DNA of 64,000 nt from NCBI GenBank assembly GCA_963662795.1, contig OY759746.1, forward strand, positions 2,080,001 to 2,144,000, written 5' to 3'. This DNA is from Spirochaetia bacterium. Its GTDB lineage: Bacteria; Spirochaetota; Spirochaetia; CADAEX01. The notes below the pieces were generated by a model, which was not told where the DNA came from, did no database searches, and worked only from the letters and a program-made list of their open reading frames with translations. Each line of letters opens with the position of its first letter. Position 1 is the first letter of the stretch. Below are positions 53,202 through 62,526 of the stretch, piece by piece. The position numbers were made by a program, and so were the translations under genes.

Positions 53202-53684
53202 ATGAGATACAGTTTAGGATTTAAAGAATAAACAGTAAGAAAAGTACTCGAATCAGATGGAAAATCCGCTCATGTGATAGCAATTGAATCTGGAGTCTCT
53301 GATCAGACATTACGGAACTGGTTGAATAAAGCAAAAGAAGGTACACTTGATAGTCTGAATACTGTAAGTAGTGCCGGTCGGTCACCTCGAGAAAAATTGA
53401 ATCTGGTTATAGAATCCGGTTCTGTTAAAAATGAGGATCAGGGGAAATGGCTTCGTGAAAAAGGTCTGCACACTGAACATATCACTCAATATAAACAGGA
53501 ACTGCGAGACATGGTAGAAGATAAAGGTCACAAAGAAAAACAGAAAATCAAAAATCTCCAGAAAGAAAATAAACGACTGCAAAAAGAGCTGAATAAAAAA
53601 GAAAAAGCTCTTGCTGAAATGGCTGCACTCTATACTCTTAAAAAAAAAGCAGAAGCTCTTTGGGGGGACGAAGAGGACGACTGA
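53202..53684 (+). pseudogene. IS3-like OrfA with premature stop at codon 10
   Basis: GGAGG, then ATG AGA TAC...GAA TAA, in frame with ORF 53274..53684; A9G slippery site near 53640. Confidence 0.78.
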
Positions 53685-54736
53685 TTCCGATGGATATGCG
53701 GCAGGAAGCAGTTAAATTGATAAAAGAAGCATCTGCTGCAGGAGCCCGAATTCATAAAGCTTGTGAAGCTCTTGAAATTTCAACCAGCACTTTTGAAAGA
53801 TGGCGACGTGGTAATCTTTCTGATAATCGCAAGGACTGTTCAAAAGTAGTGGCCAGAAAATTATCAAAAGAAGAAGAGGCCAAAATTATCGAAATTAGTT
53901 GCAGCATTGAATATAAGGATGATAATCCATACAAAATTCATGCATCTCTTCTTAGTAAAGGCATTTATATTGCCAGTGTTAGCTCCTTTTATAGAGTATT
54001 AAAGAAAAACAGACTTATTCATCATCGAGGAAACACGAGGCCTGGGACAAGTCATAATAAGCCACCAGAAAGAGTCGCAGCTGGACCTAATCAGGTTTGG
54101 TGCTGGGATATAACCTGGTTGCCAACAAATGTCAGAGGCCTCTTCTACTACGCATATGTCATCATTGATATCTGGGATAGAAGCATCGTCAAATGGGCTA
54201 TTCATGATAGAGAGGATGATTCTCTATCAGAAGAACTTTTTGATGCCGCCCTGAAGGAAAACAACTATGCTGATGTCTTTGTTCATTCTGATAATGGAAA
54301 TCCCATGAAAGGTATCTCATTACTGGCTCTATTCTATGATCTTGGTATTTGTAATAGTTATTCCAGGCCAAGAGTCAGTGATGACAATCCATTCATTGAA
54401 TCATGGTTTAAAACCTTAAAATATCATGTTTCGTATCCTGGCAAGTTCAAAATACTTTCAGAGGCAAGAACATGGTTTTCGACATTTGTTGATTTCTATA
54501 ATACCAGTCATAGTCACTCAGGAATAAACTTTATTACACCCATACAGATGAGAAATGGCGAATACAAAGAGATCGCGACAAAACGAAATAAAACTATGAT
54601 GAAGGCATACAAAAAGAATCCTTTGAGATGGAGTAAACATGTTAAAATGCTGCCCAAAGAGCATGTTGTATACTTGAATCCATCTGCTGATACTATGATT
54701 AAGAGTAAGTCTCAAAAAGGGGCTACCGCCGCTTAA
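53660..54736 (+). CDS. IS3-like transposase OrfB (DDE)
   Basis: PNQVWCWDITWL, HSDNG, SRPRVSDDNPFIESWFKTLKY. Confidence 0.92.
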   Translation: MGGRRGRLIPMDMRQEAVKLIKEASAAGARIHKACEALEISTSTFERWRRGNLSDNRKDCSKVVARKLSKEEEAKIIEISCSIEYKDDNPYKIHASLLSKGIYIASVSSFYRVLKKNRLIHHRGNTRPGTSHNKPPERVAAGPNQVWCWDITWLPTNVRGLFYYAYVIIDIWDRSIVKWAIHDREDDSLSEELFDAALKENNYADVFVHSDNGNPMKGISLLALFYDLGICNSYSRPRVSDDNPFIESWFKTLKYHVSYPGKFKILSEARTWFSTFVDFYNTSHSHSGINFITPIQMRNGEYKEIATKRNKTMMKAYKKNPLRWSKHVKMLPKEHVVYLNPSADTMIKSKSQKGATAA

Positions 54737-54910
54737 TTATTTCAAAGATCATTCTTCATCTATGTTGACATATTCCGGACGACGGGCGAAGATATGAAGT
54801 CTAATAATATATGTTATGTATAATTAGATAATGAAATGATATTATGAAAATTCTTTCATTTATTAAAAAATTATGAGAGAATGACTAAAATCAGTTAAGG
54901 AAATAATGTA

Positions 54911-55579
54911 ATGGATATAATAAGGTTTATTATTGATGGTTTTATCTCGATTTTAATATCAATTTTATTACTTATTATTGGTTTGATATTTGTCCCAAAT
55001 AATATTTCAATTAGAGTTTTAAAATTTTTAAAACCAAGTATAATTGAAAAAATAAATGAGTCATATAAAAAATTTATCAGCGTATTGACTAATCTATATA
55101 TAAATAAAGAATTAATTGTATTGGATGGTGAATTAGATGACTTTAATAAAGATACAAAGTTTTTTCTAATACAAAATGAAAAAATAGAAAAAAATATTTA
55201 TGTTATTGATTTGTGTAAAGATATGCTTGCTATGCTGGGTTATGTTGTTCCTAGAACAATAGGTGGAAATGGATATGATGTTTATGAACAATCACTAGAG
55301 TATCTATATTATTATTCAAATATAATAGAACCGATAGTACAGGATAGAAATTTTGAACATAATTTCCAAGATAAGATAATGGAATTGAGAAATTATTATG
55401 AAGAAATAATATCCCAAAACGATGTTAAAATAAGACAAACAACAATAGACATGAGAGATTATTTTATTAAACCAATTTTGAAATATTTGGACAATGAAAA
55501 AGAAAAAATGCAAAATATATATAGTGATAATAAAGAAAAATTAGTTGACCTAGTGAAAGATAAATATGAAAAACTCTAA
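54911..55579 (+). CDS. Hypothetical protein with N-terminal TM helix
   Basis: GFISILISILLLIIGLIFV; overlaps next gene. Confidence 0.72.
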   Translation: MDIIRFIIDGFISILISILLLIIGLIFVPNNISIRVLKFLKPSIIEKINESYKKFISVLTNLYINKELIVLDGELDDFNKDTKFFLIQNEKIEKNIYVIDLCKDMLAMLGYVVPRTIGGNGYDVYEQSLEYLYYYSNIIEPIVQDRNFEHNFQDKIMELRNYYEEIISQNDVKIRQTTIDMRDYFIKPILKYLDNEKEKMQNIYSDNKEKLVDLVKDKYEKL

Positions 55580-55910
55580 AGAAGTTATTAGTAATATAAT
55601 TCAAAGAATAAAGAAGGAAATATCTGATATAGAATCTGTTTATGAAATACGGCTTTTTGGAAGTCAGGTTAATGAATACACAACTTTTTCAGATATAGAT
55701 ATATATATTTTATGTGAGAATAATAATTATTATGAAGAAATATTAGAAAAAATATCAAAAATAATTAATGAAGAAAAAATATTAATACACCCCATAATAA
55801 AAGATATCAATGATAAAATTATAGATGAAAATAGATATTTTAAAAAAAATATAATAGAAAAATCTATCTTGATATATAGGAAAAAATGTACAGGTGAAGC
55901 AATTACCTGA
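55566..55910 (+). CDS. Minimal nucleotidyltransferase (MNT, pol-beta family)
   Basis: IRLFGSQV....FSDIDIYIL (GS...DxD). Confidence 0.82.
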   Translation: MKNSKEVISNIIQRIKKEISDIESVYEIRLFGSQVNEYTTFSDIDIYILCENNNYYEEILEKISKIINEEKILIHPIIKDINDKIIDENRYFKKNIIEKSILIYRKKCTGEAIT

Positions 55911-55971
55911 CAAAAGAAAAAGTCCAGCCTTGGCTCCGCCGTACGGCTTGGACAAGAAGCGGGAACACTGC

Positions 55972-56163
55972 TTATAACAGCGATTATTTCGCTGCGCTCC
56001 CGATGGTCGCTTGGGCTCCTGCCAGTTCAACTGGCAGATCGCCATATTTTGTTTTCATAAAACTGGAACAACATGTATTTTATGCTTTTCGAGTTTTAAA
56101 AAACTAAATAAAAGTATTTTAGAGTTTAGCCACAAAACATCGAATAATCGCGAGACGTTATAC
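55972..56163 (+). repeat. Outer attC-like site 32, family A
   Basis: TTATAAC...GTTATAC; unit ~55922-56281. Confidence 0.9.
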
Positions 56164-56441
56164 GAAAAACCGCTTTGCAGTTATTTTTATTTGTTATAAA
56201 ATAAAAAATGAAACAATTCTTTATTAATTACGCCCCCTCCCCCCAGGAACCAAGAAAGCCCGGCGTCCTGCCGGTCTTAAGCTATAATTAGATTTTATTG
56301 AAAATAAAGTGTTAAATTGTTAAATAAATATAAAAGATGTTTTGGTGTTAAAATAATAAAAGAATTAAAAATAAATAATGAATTGAATAATATTGTAAAG
56401 GAATTAGAAAATTAAGCATTAAAAAAATAAGGATAGGTTAG

Positions 56442-56915
56442 ATGAGTATTGAAAGTGTAAAAGAATATTTCAGACAATTGAATATTGAGAATAGAGTTCT
56501 TGAATTTGAAGTATCAAGTGCAACAGTAGAACTTGCTGCACAAGCCTTGAAATGTGAACCAAAAAGAATAGCTAAGACATTATCTTTTAAAGTAGATGAA
56601 AAATGCATTTTAATAGTTACAGCAGGCGATGCAAAAATAGATAATTCCAAATACAAAATGATGTTTAAAAAAAAAGCTAAAATGTTAACCTCCGAAGAAG
56701 TTGAAACATTTACAGGTCATCCAGTAGGAGGTGTTTGTCCGTTTGCAGTAAAAGATGAAGTAATAATTTATCTTGATGAATCTTTAAAAAGATTTAAAAC
56801 TGTTTTTCCAGCCTGCGGAAGCAGTAATAGTGCAATAGAGCTTACATTAAATGAACTTGAAAAATACTCAAATGCAGATTCGTGGATAGATGTATGTAAA
56901 GATTGGAATATGTAA
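56442..56915 (+). CDS. YbaK/EbsC family aminoacyl-tRNA deacylase
   Basis: SSATVELAA...IAKTL...GHPVGGVCPF...PACGS. Confidence 0.92.
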   Translation: MSIESVKEYFRQLNIENRVLEFEVSSATVELAAQALKCEPKRIAKTLSFKVDEKCILIVTAGDAKIDNSKYKMMFKKKAKMLTSEEVETFTGHPVGGVCPFAVKDEVIIYLDESLKRFKTVFPACGSSNSAIELTLNELEKYSNADSWIDVCKDWNM

Positions 56916-57027
56916 TAAAAGGAATGAAAGCAGAAGAGGAGATTTCGCCTTCGCACGTCCTGTGCTATGGCGAGGATGGGGGGAGCGTAATTAGGATCGA
57001 ACTGATTAGTGTAAAGCGCGGTTCATC

Positions 57028-57181
57028 GTATAACAGCGAATGGCCGGTTGAGGCTGTTTCTGAAAAACCAGCCTCAACCCAAATTGCCGGAATAAATAGT
57101 GGTACAGATTGTTGAATACAAAATAAGCTTGAAAGGTAACAAATGACAGCGGCAACTTCGGTCATTCGCGGGACGTTATAC
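57028..57181 (+). repeat. Outer attC-like site 33, family C
   Basis: GTATAAC...GTTATAC; unit ~56945-57233. Confidence 0.88.
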
Positions 57182-57372
57182 GTAATGGCCAGGCAAGAGA
57201 AAATCGCCCGGACCTCCGGCCGACGGGCGAGGATATGCAATATTGTAATATTTGCTATGTGTTATTATGAAGAAAAATAGTTTCAAAACGTACCTTATTG
57301 GTTCATAAAATAGAAAATGAACTATAAAAGTACAATTGACAAAAATAGAACCGATAAGGTACAATATAGATC

Positions 57373-58008
57373 ATGAATGTAATAGCAGTAATTGCGGATA
57401 TAGTAGATTCAAAACATATTATTGATAGGAGGAGTTTTCAGCTCGATTTGGAAAAGAAATTAAACATAATTAATAAAAAATCGGCTAAAAGTATATTATC
57501 TCCTTATACAATTACAATAGGTGATGAATTTCAAGTTCTATATAATTCAACAGAAACTCTTTTCGATGATATATGGGATATTATTGAAAGTATCTTTCCA
57601 TATAAATTGAGGGTTTCTATAGGATATGATAAAATATTAACCCGAACTAATAAGGAACGAGCAATAGGTATGGACGGACCAGCTTTTCATTACGCTCGAG
57701 ATGGATTAGAACGGCTAAAGAAACAAAAAAGAACAGTGATTCAAGTATTTAGTGCTGAGATACCTTCAATCGAATTAATAAATACAAGTTTGTTATTAGT
57801 CTTTGATCAGGTGGAAAAGTGGAAAGAAAATACACTAAAAATATTTGTAAACATGTTGAGAAAAGAAGATATGCAAACTATTGCAAAAAATATTGCTATT
57901 TCAGAGAGAGCCGTATATAAGAGCATAAAAGCAAATAATTTAAAAACAATAAAAGATCTAATTGAAGTGATCAAGAACCATATTAAAATAGGGATAGAAA
58001 TGTTATGA
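57373..58008 (+). CDS. SatD family protein
   Basis: AVIADIVDSK...ITIGDEFQ...MDGPAFHYAR, C-terminal HTH. Confidence 0.85.
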   Translation: MNVIAVIADIVDSKHIIDRRSFQLDLEKKLNIINKKSAKSILSPYTITIGDEFQVLYNSTETLFDDIWDIIESIFPYKLRVSIGYDKILTRTNKERAIGMDGPAFHYARDGLERLKKQKRTVIQVFSAEIPSIELINTSLLLVFDQVEKWKENTLKIFVNMLRKEDMQTIAKNIAISERAVYKSIKANNLKTIKDLIEVIKNHIKIGIEML

Positions 58009-58775
58009 ACAGTGTATATTTTTATACATTAATAATTATCATGTCAGCAAGATGTATATTCCAAAATATTGAAAAACCAGTGTCTTTTAAAAAAAGCATA
58101 TTTATACTTTTCGTAGAAGTAATTTTGGTAGTCCCATTATGGTCTTCAAGAATTATATTTTTACTTCTATTTTTGGTCGCTCTAAATGGAGTTATACTCT
58201 GGTTAGAAAATACAAAGCTTAATATTCATTTATCGCGGTTTTTAAGTTTTACTATTTTCACTGTTTTTTTGGCATCAATAACTGGTAATAATTTGATTAT
58301 TCACAATTTTAGCCCGATTGCTATAAAATTATTTCAAAAGCTTAGTGAAAATAATCTAATACTAAATTTTGTTAATAATTTTGGATCTGAAAAAATATTT
58401 ATTTATTTATCAGGGCTGTTAATTATTACAAATGAAGTAAATAATTTTGTACGCTATATTCTATACTTATTGAGAGTCGAGCCAAATGGAAGTGGGGATT
58501 CTAGTCAGCAAAATGAATATGTTAAGCAAGAAAAAAATGAAGAGCTGAAACGTGGAAAAATTATAGGTATTATAGAACGAATATTAATATTTGTTTTTAC
58601 TCTATCAAACAACTTTGCTGCAATTGGATTTATTCTTGCAGCAAAAGGTTTTACGCGATTCAAAGAATTGGATAATCGTAATTTCGCAGAATATGTATTA
58701 ATAGGTACTCTTTTATCTACTTCAATTTCAATTTTAACAGGACTATTATTTAGTAGATTATTATTGCACATATAA
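58005..58775 (+). CDS. Membrane protein, usual SatD partner (DUF3307-like C-terminus)
   Basis: GKIIGIIER...IGFILAAKGFTRF...AEYVLIGTLLS. Confidence 0.78.
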   Translation: MNSVYFYTLIIIMSARCIFQNIEKPVSFKKSIFILFVEVILVVPLWSSRIIFLLLFLVALNGVILWLENTKLNIHLSRFLSFTIFTVFLASITGNNLIIHNFSPIAIKLFQKLSENNLILNFVNNFGSEKIFIYLSGLLIITNEVNNFVRYILYLLRVEPNGSGDSSQQNEYVKQEKNEELKRGKIIGIIERILIFVFTLSNNFAAIGFILAAKGFTRFKELDNRNFAEYVLIGTLLSTSISILTGLLFSRLLLHI

Positions 58776-58877
58776 ACATTTTATAAATAGTGACAATTGG
58801 GGCAATTATCTAACATTCGACATTTTAGTCCAGCCTTGGCTCCGCCGTGCGGCCTGGACAAGAAGCCTGGCCACTAC

Positions 58878-59069
58878 GTATAACAGCGATTATTTCGCTG
58901 CGCTCCCTGTGGTCGCTTGGGCTCCTGCCAGTTGAGCTGGCAGATCGCCATATTTTGTTTTCATAAAACCGGAACAACATGTGTTTTATGCTCTTCAAGT
59001 TTGTAAAAACCAAATAAAAGTATTTTAGAGTTTAGTCACAAAACATCGAATAATCGCGAGACGTTATCC
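58878..59069 (+). repeat. Outer attC-like site 34, family A
   Basis: GTATAAC...GTTATCC; unit ~58828-59120. Confidence 0.9.
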
Positions 59070-59251
59070 ACAATGCCCCCACAAGAGAAACCGCCCGGAC
59101 CTCCGGCCGACGGGCGAAGAAAAAAAGTACAATGTAAAAAAGTTCTGTATTAACCAGCCTGCTACCAAATTATATATTCTAAAATATTTTTCCATAAAAA
59201 ATCTTGATTAGCAATATAAAATAAGACTCCAGCATTGATATAATAAATGTA

Positions 59252-59280
59252 TTGACAAAAGGCACACTATAAAGTATATT
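59252..59280 (+). promoter_or_regulatory. Sigma70-type promoter of BrnT-like TA module
   Basis: TTGACA-17nt-TATATT, 6 nt before ATG. Confidence 0.7.
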
Positions 59281-59286
59281 CATTTT

Positions 59287-59574
59287 ATGACCTTTAATTG
59301 GAATGAAGAGAAAAATTTATTATTAAAACAAACTAGAGATATTTCCTTTGAAGAAATAGTTTTATGTATATCTGAAGGAAAAGTTGTTACTGTATTAGAA
59401 AATACAAAAAAGGAAAAATATTCAAATCAAAAGTTGTATCTTATATCATACAAGAATTATATTTATGTGGTTCCATTTGTAGTAAATGAAAAAGAAAATG
59501 AAATATTTTTAAAAACTATATATCCGAGCAGGGAATATACAAAGAAATATCATCCTGATGGAGGAAGAAAATGA
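59287..59574 (+). CDS. BrnT-like toxin
   Basis: FNWNEEKN..LK..RDISFEE...VVPFV...FLKTIYPSR. Confidence 0.82.
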   Translation: MTFNWNEEKNLLLKQTRDISFEEIVLCISEGKVVTVLENTKKEKYSNQKLYLISYKNYIYVVPFVVNEKENEIFLKTIYPSREYTKKYHPDGGRK

Positions 59575-59867
59575 AAGAAAGCAATATGTTTAAACCAATA
59601 GATGAAGAAGAGAAAGATCTAATAGAATCAATTGAGAAAGGTGAATGGAAAACAGCAAAAGACGCAGAAAAATATAAAAAACAAGCGGTTGAATATGCAG
59701 AATCGACCCTGAAGAAAGATAAAAGAATGAATATTCGGATATCTGAGAGAGATTTAAAAAACTTAAAAGTAAAGGCACTAGAAGAAGGGTTGCCATATCA
59801 GACTTTAGTATCAATGGTTTTACACAAATATGTATCAGGGAAATATGAGGAAAAATTAGCAACTTGA
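59571..59867 (+). CDS. CopG/RHH-type antitoxin
   Basis: KDKRMNIRISERDL..LKVKALEEGLPYQTLVSMVLHKY. Confidence 0.82.
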   Translation: MKESNMFKPIDEEEKDLIESIEKGEWKTAKDAEKYKKQAVEYAESTLKKDKRMNIRISERDLKNLKVKALEEGLPYQTLVSMVLHKYVSGKYEEKLAT

Positions 59868-59956
59868 TATAATATGCAAGTAAAATATTAATCAGGTAAA
59901 GAAGTCCGGCCTTGGCTTCCAGCCGTGCGGCCTGGACAAGAAGTGGGGGCACTGGT

Positions 59957-60126
59957 GGATAACAGCGGGTAAGAAGCTACGCTCCCTTCGGTCGCTTGGG
60001 CTTCGCCATATTTTGCTTTCAAACAACAAGATGAATTATTGTTATGTCTTTTCAATCTAATTAATTTAGACAAATAAGTAATATAGTTTTAGCCGCAAAA
60101 CATCTTTTACCCGCTGGACGTTATAT
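59957..60126 (+). repeat. Outer attC-like site 35, family E
   Basis: GGATAAC-AGCGGGTAAGAAG...CTTTTACCCGCTGGAC-GTTATAT; unit ~59904-60224. Confidence 0.87.
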
Positions 60127-60894
60127 GCAATACCGCTTAACTGTTTATGGATTGAGATGAATAGTTTTCAATTGTGCAAACATTCCCATGCCCAAGAAAA
60201 GCCCGGCGTCCTGCCGGGCTTAAGAAAAAAGGACGGTTTAAAAAATAGATTATACTATTTTAATAAAATACTATTTAAAAATAGATAATAGAAATAAAAA
60301 CGCAAAAAAAGTAAACCTGAAAAACCTTTTAAAAAAGGTTGTAGCTGAATAAAAAGATCAAATATTTTAAAGCAAATATACTTTTACAAATATAACCAAT
60401 AAATTGTATTTGACAAAAATTGAAATTAATTAAGAACGGGCAAAAAAGACTGATTTTTAAGTTTAAATTTGTAAATATTGTAACTTATTATGGATTGATT
60501 TCAAAAAGGAAAAAATACTCTTAGATATTTATTATTTTAGTTTTGATACTTAATCTTAAAAGAAAAAAGAAGAATTACAGGCCAACAATTAAGAATTGTT
60601 TTGTAGTTAAAGTGCTAGCAGCTTTAGACTGAAGGAAAAAATATGCAAAATCGTGATCGTAAAATGCAAGCAAAGCAATAGATTTTCAGAGAAAAATAGA
60701 TATGAAGAAATGACAATATTTTTAAAATACAATTAAAAAATATTACTATATCCAGAGTACTGTAAATAAAAACTATAAAGAAAACGTCCGAATAGGGGAA
60801 TTCACCCCGTTTACGCCGTCCTGGCTTCAACGGGAAGAGGGCATGGGAAAAAAAGGCAAAAAGACTGTAAAAGAATTGCGGTACTGCACATAAC
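60120..60894 (+). other. ORF-less cassette
   Basis: Complementary ends present; no + strand ORF of 60 aa or more. Confidence 0.8.
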
Positions 60895-61059
60895 AGCGGT
60901 TCAAGCGTTTCGCTCGGAGTACCTCGCTTGGCCTACGGCAAACATCGTAGGGTATTTACTACTCCTGTTGGGAACAACACTGTTCAAGAGAGAGAAAGTT
61001 TATCTTAATGTTAAATAATCTTTATCTACGATGCTTCGCTTAACCGCGGGACGTTATAT
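60888..61059 (+). repeat. Outer attC-like site 36, family D
   Basis: ACATAAC...GTTATAT; unit ~60806-61110. Confidence 0.88.
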
Positions 61060-61147
61060 GCAATACGACCCCAAGAGAAATCGCCCGGACCTCCGGCCCA
61101 CGGGCGAAGAAAAGATGATTTACTGTATAATACACTCTATATATAAA

Positions 61148-61181
61148 ATATATAGTTTTCTAGTTATTTAATATGTTATCT
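61148..61181 (+). other. Cassette-internal attI-like landing site (carrier 6)
   Basis: ATATATAGTTTTCTAGTTATTTAATAT-GTTATCT. Confidence 0.72.
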
Positions 61182-61233
61182 TCACAACATCATATGCAAG
61201 CCTTGTACATGAGAGCTTTATAGTGTACAATAT

Positions 61234-62370
61234 ATGTGCAAATATGTACATGACGGTGGTGAAATGAATAATAAACCCAATAATGGATTACCTTTACTCC
61301 CTCCAAAAGAAAAATTAGAAAATATTACAGTGTTACGAAAAGCAATAAAAGCTAATACAGAATTGGCAAAACTGAATGGGTATTGCTCTACAATCCCCAA
61401 TGAAAACATTTTGTTGAATGCAATAATACTAAATGAAGCAAAAACCAGCTCAGAAATAGAGAATATAATCACTACTCATGATGAAATTTACAAAGCATTA
61501 CTAAAAAAAGACGGAAAATATGATCCTGAAACGAAAGAAGTATTAAATTATAGAGAAGCAATATGGCAGGGTTATAATTTAATAACAGAGACTAATATTC
61601 TAACTACAAATACAATTGTTAGAATTCAAGAAACGCTGGAAAAAAATAAGGCTGGAATAAGAAAATTACCTGGAACGAAATTAATGAATGATCAAACCGG
61701 TGAAGTAATATATACACCTCCAGATGATGAGAAAATTATAAGAGATTTATTAAGAAATCTTGAAGAATACATCAATATTGATGATGAGATAGATCCGCTA
61801 ATAAAACTTGCAATAATTCATTATCAGTTTGAATCTATACATCCTTTTTATGATGGAAACGGCAGAACTGGAAGAATTATTAATGTTTTATACCTTGTAT
61901 TAAAGGGATTGTTGAAATCTCCAATACTTTATTTGAGTAGTTATATAATAAAAAACAAAGGAAATTATTATAATTATCTGCAGAAAGTAAGAAATGAAAA
62001 TGACTGGGAAAGCTGGGTAATGTTTATGTTGGAGGCTGTAGAAAAAACTTCATTAGAAACATTAAGTACTGTAAAAGCAATTAGAGATTTGATGGAAGAA
62101 ACAATTGAATATTGCAGAGAAAAAATGTCAAAATCAAGTTATTCAAAAGAATTAATTGAATTGCTTTTTGTTCAACCTTATACAAAAATTGATTTTCTGG
62201 TGAATAACAATATTGCTGAAAGAAGAACTGCAAGTAAATATTTATCGCAGCTGGAAGAACTTGGAGTGTTAGAATCATTTAAATCCTGGAAAGAAAAAAT
62301 ATATATAAATAAAAAATTATATAAACTATTAAGAGGATCAGAAGATAACAAAAAATTGGAGCAGATTTGA
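61234..62370 (+). CDS. Fic family protein (start may be 61264)
   Basis: EAKTSSEIEN, HYQFESIHPFYDGNGRTGR. Confidence 0.93.
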   Translation: MCKYVHDGGEMNNKPNNGLPLLPPKEKLENITVLRKAIKANTELAKLNGYCSTIPNENILLNAIILNEAKTSSEIENIITTHDEIYKALLKKDGKYDPETKEVLNYREAIWQGYNLITETNILTTNTIVRIQETLEKNKAGIRKLPGTKLMNDQTGEVIYTPPDDEKIIRDLLRNLEEYINIDDEIDPLIKLAIIHYQFESIHPFYDGNGRTGRIINVLYLVLKGLLKSPILYLSSYIIKNKGNYYNYLQKVRNENDWESWVMFMLEAVEKTSLETLSTVKAIRDLMEETIEYCREKMSKSSYSKELIELLFVQPYTKIDFLVNNNIAERRTASKYLSQLEELGVLESFKSWKEKIYINKKLYKLLRGSEDNKKLEQI

Positions 62371-62448
62371 TTTTTGTCATGTAAATTGCGAAAGCAATTT
62401 ACATGACAACCCTGCGGGACAATCGAGCAGCTCAATTTGGCGTTAGCT
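62343..62448 (+). repeat. Inner canonical attC
   Basis: AGATAAC-AAAAAA-TTGGAGC...GCTCAA-TTTGGC-GTTAGCT; GAAGATAAC is the reverse complement of GTTATCTTC at 61175. Confidence 0.85.
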
Positions 62449-62526
62449 ATACTGGAATATTTAGAAAAGAGGAAAAGTCCGGCCTTGGCGGTGCCGTGCG
62501 GCCTGGACAAGAAGGGGTCGTACTGT

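Larger units (their letters stand above)
53156..54773 (+). mobile_element. IS3-family-like element inserted in the cassette-start hairpin (ends approximate)
   Basis: Subterminal IR TGTCAACATAGTTGAAG / CTTCATCTATGTTGACA; TCCGGACG on both sides; hairpin halves CGCCCGGACCTCCGG and GACGGGCGAAGA separated. Confidence 0.85.

Noticed and set aside
2105-62510. Antisense ORFs of 60-140 aa overlapping real genes and transposases
   Set aside because: Shadow ORFs with no recognisable motifs or RBS.
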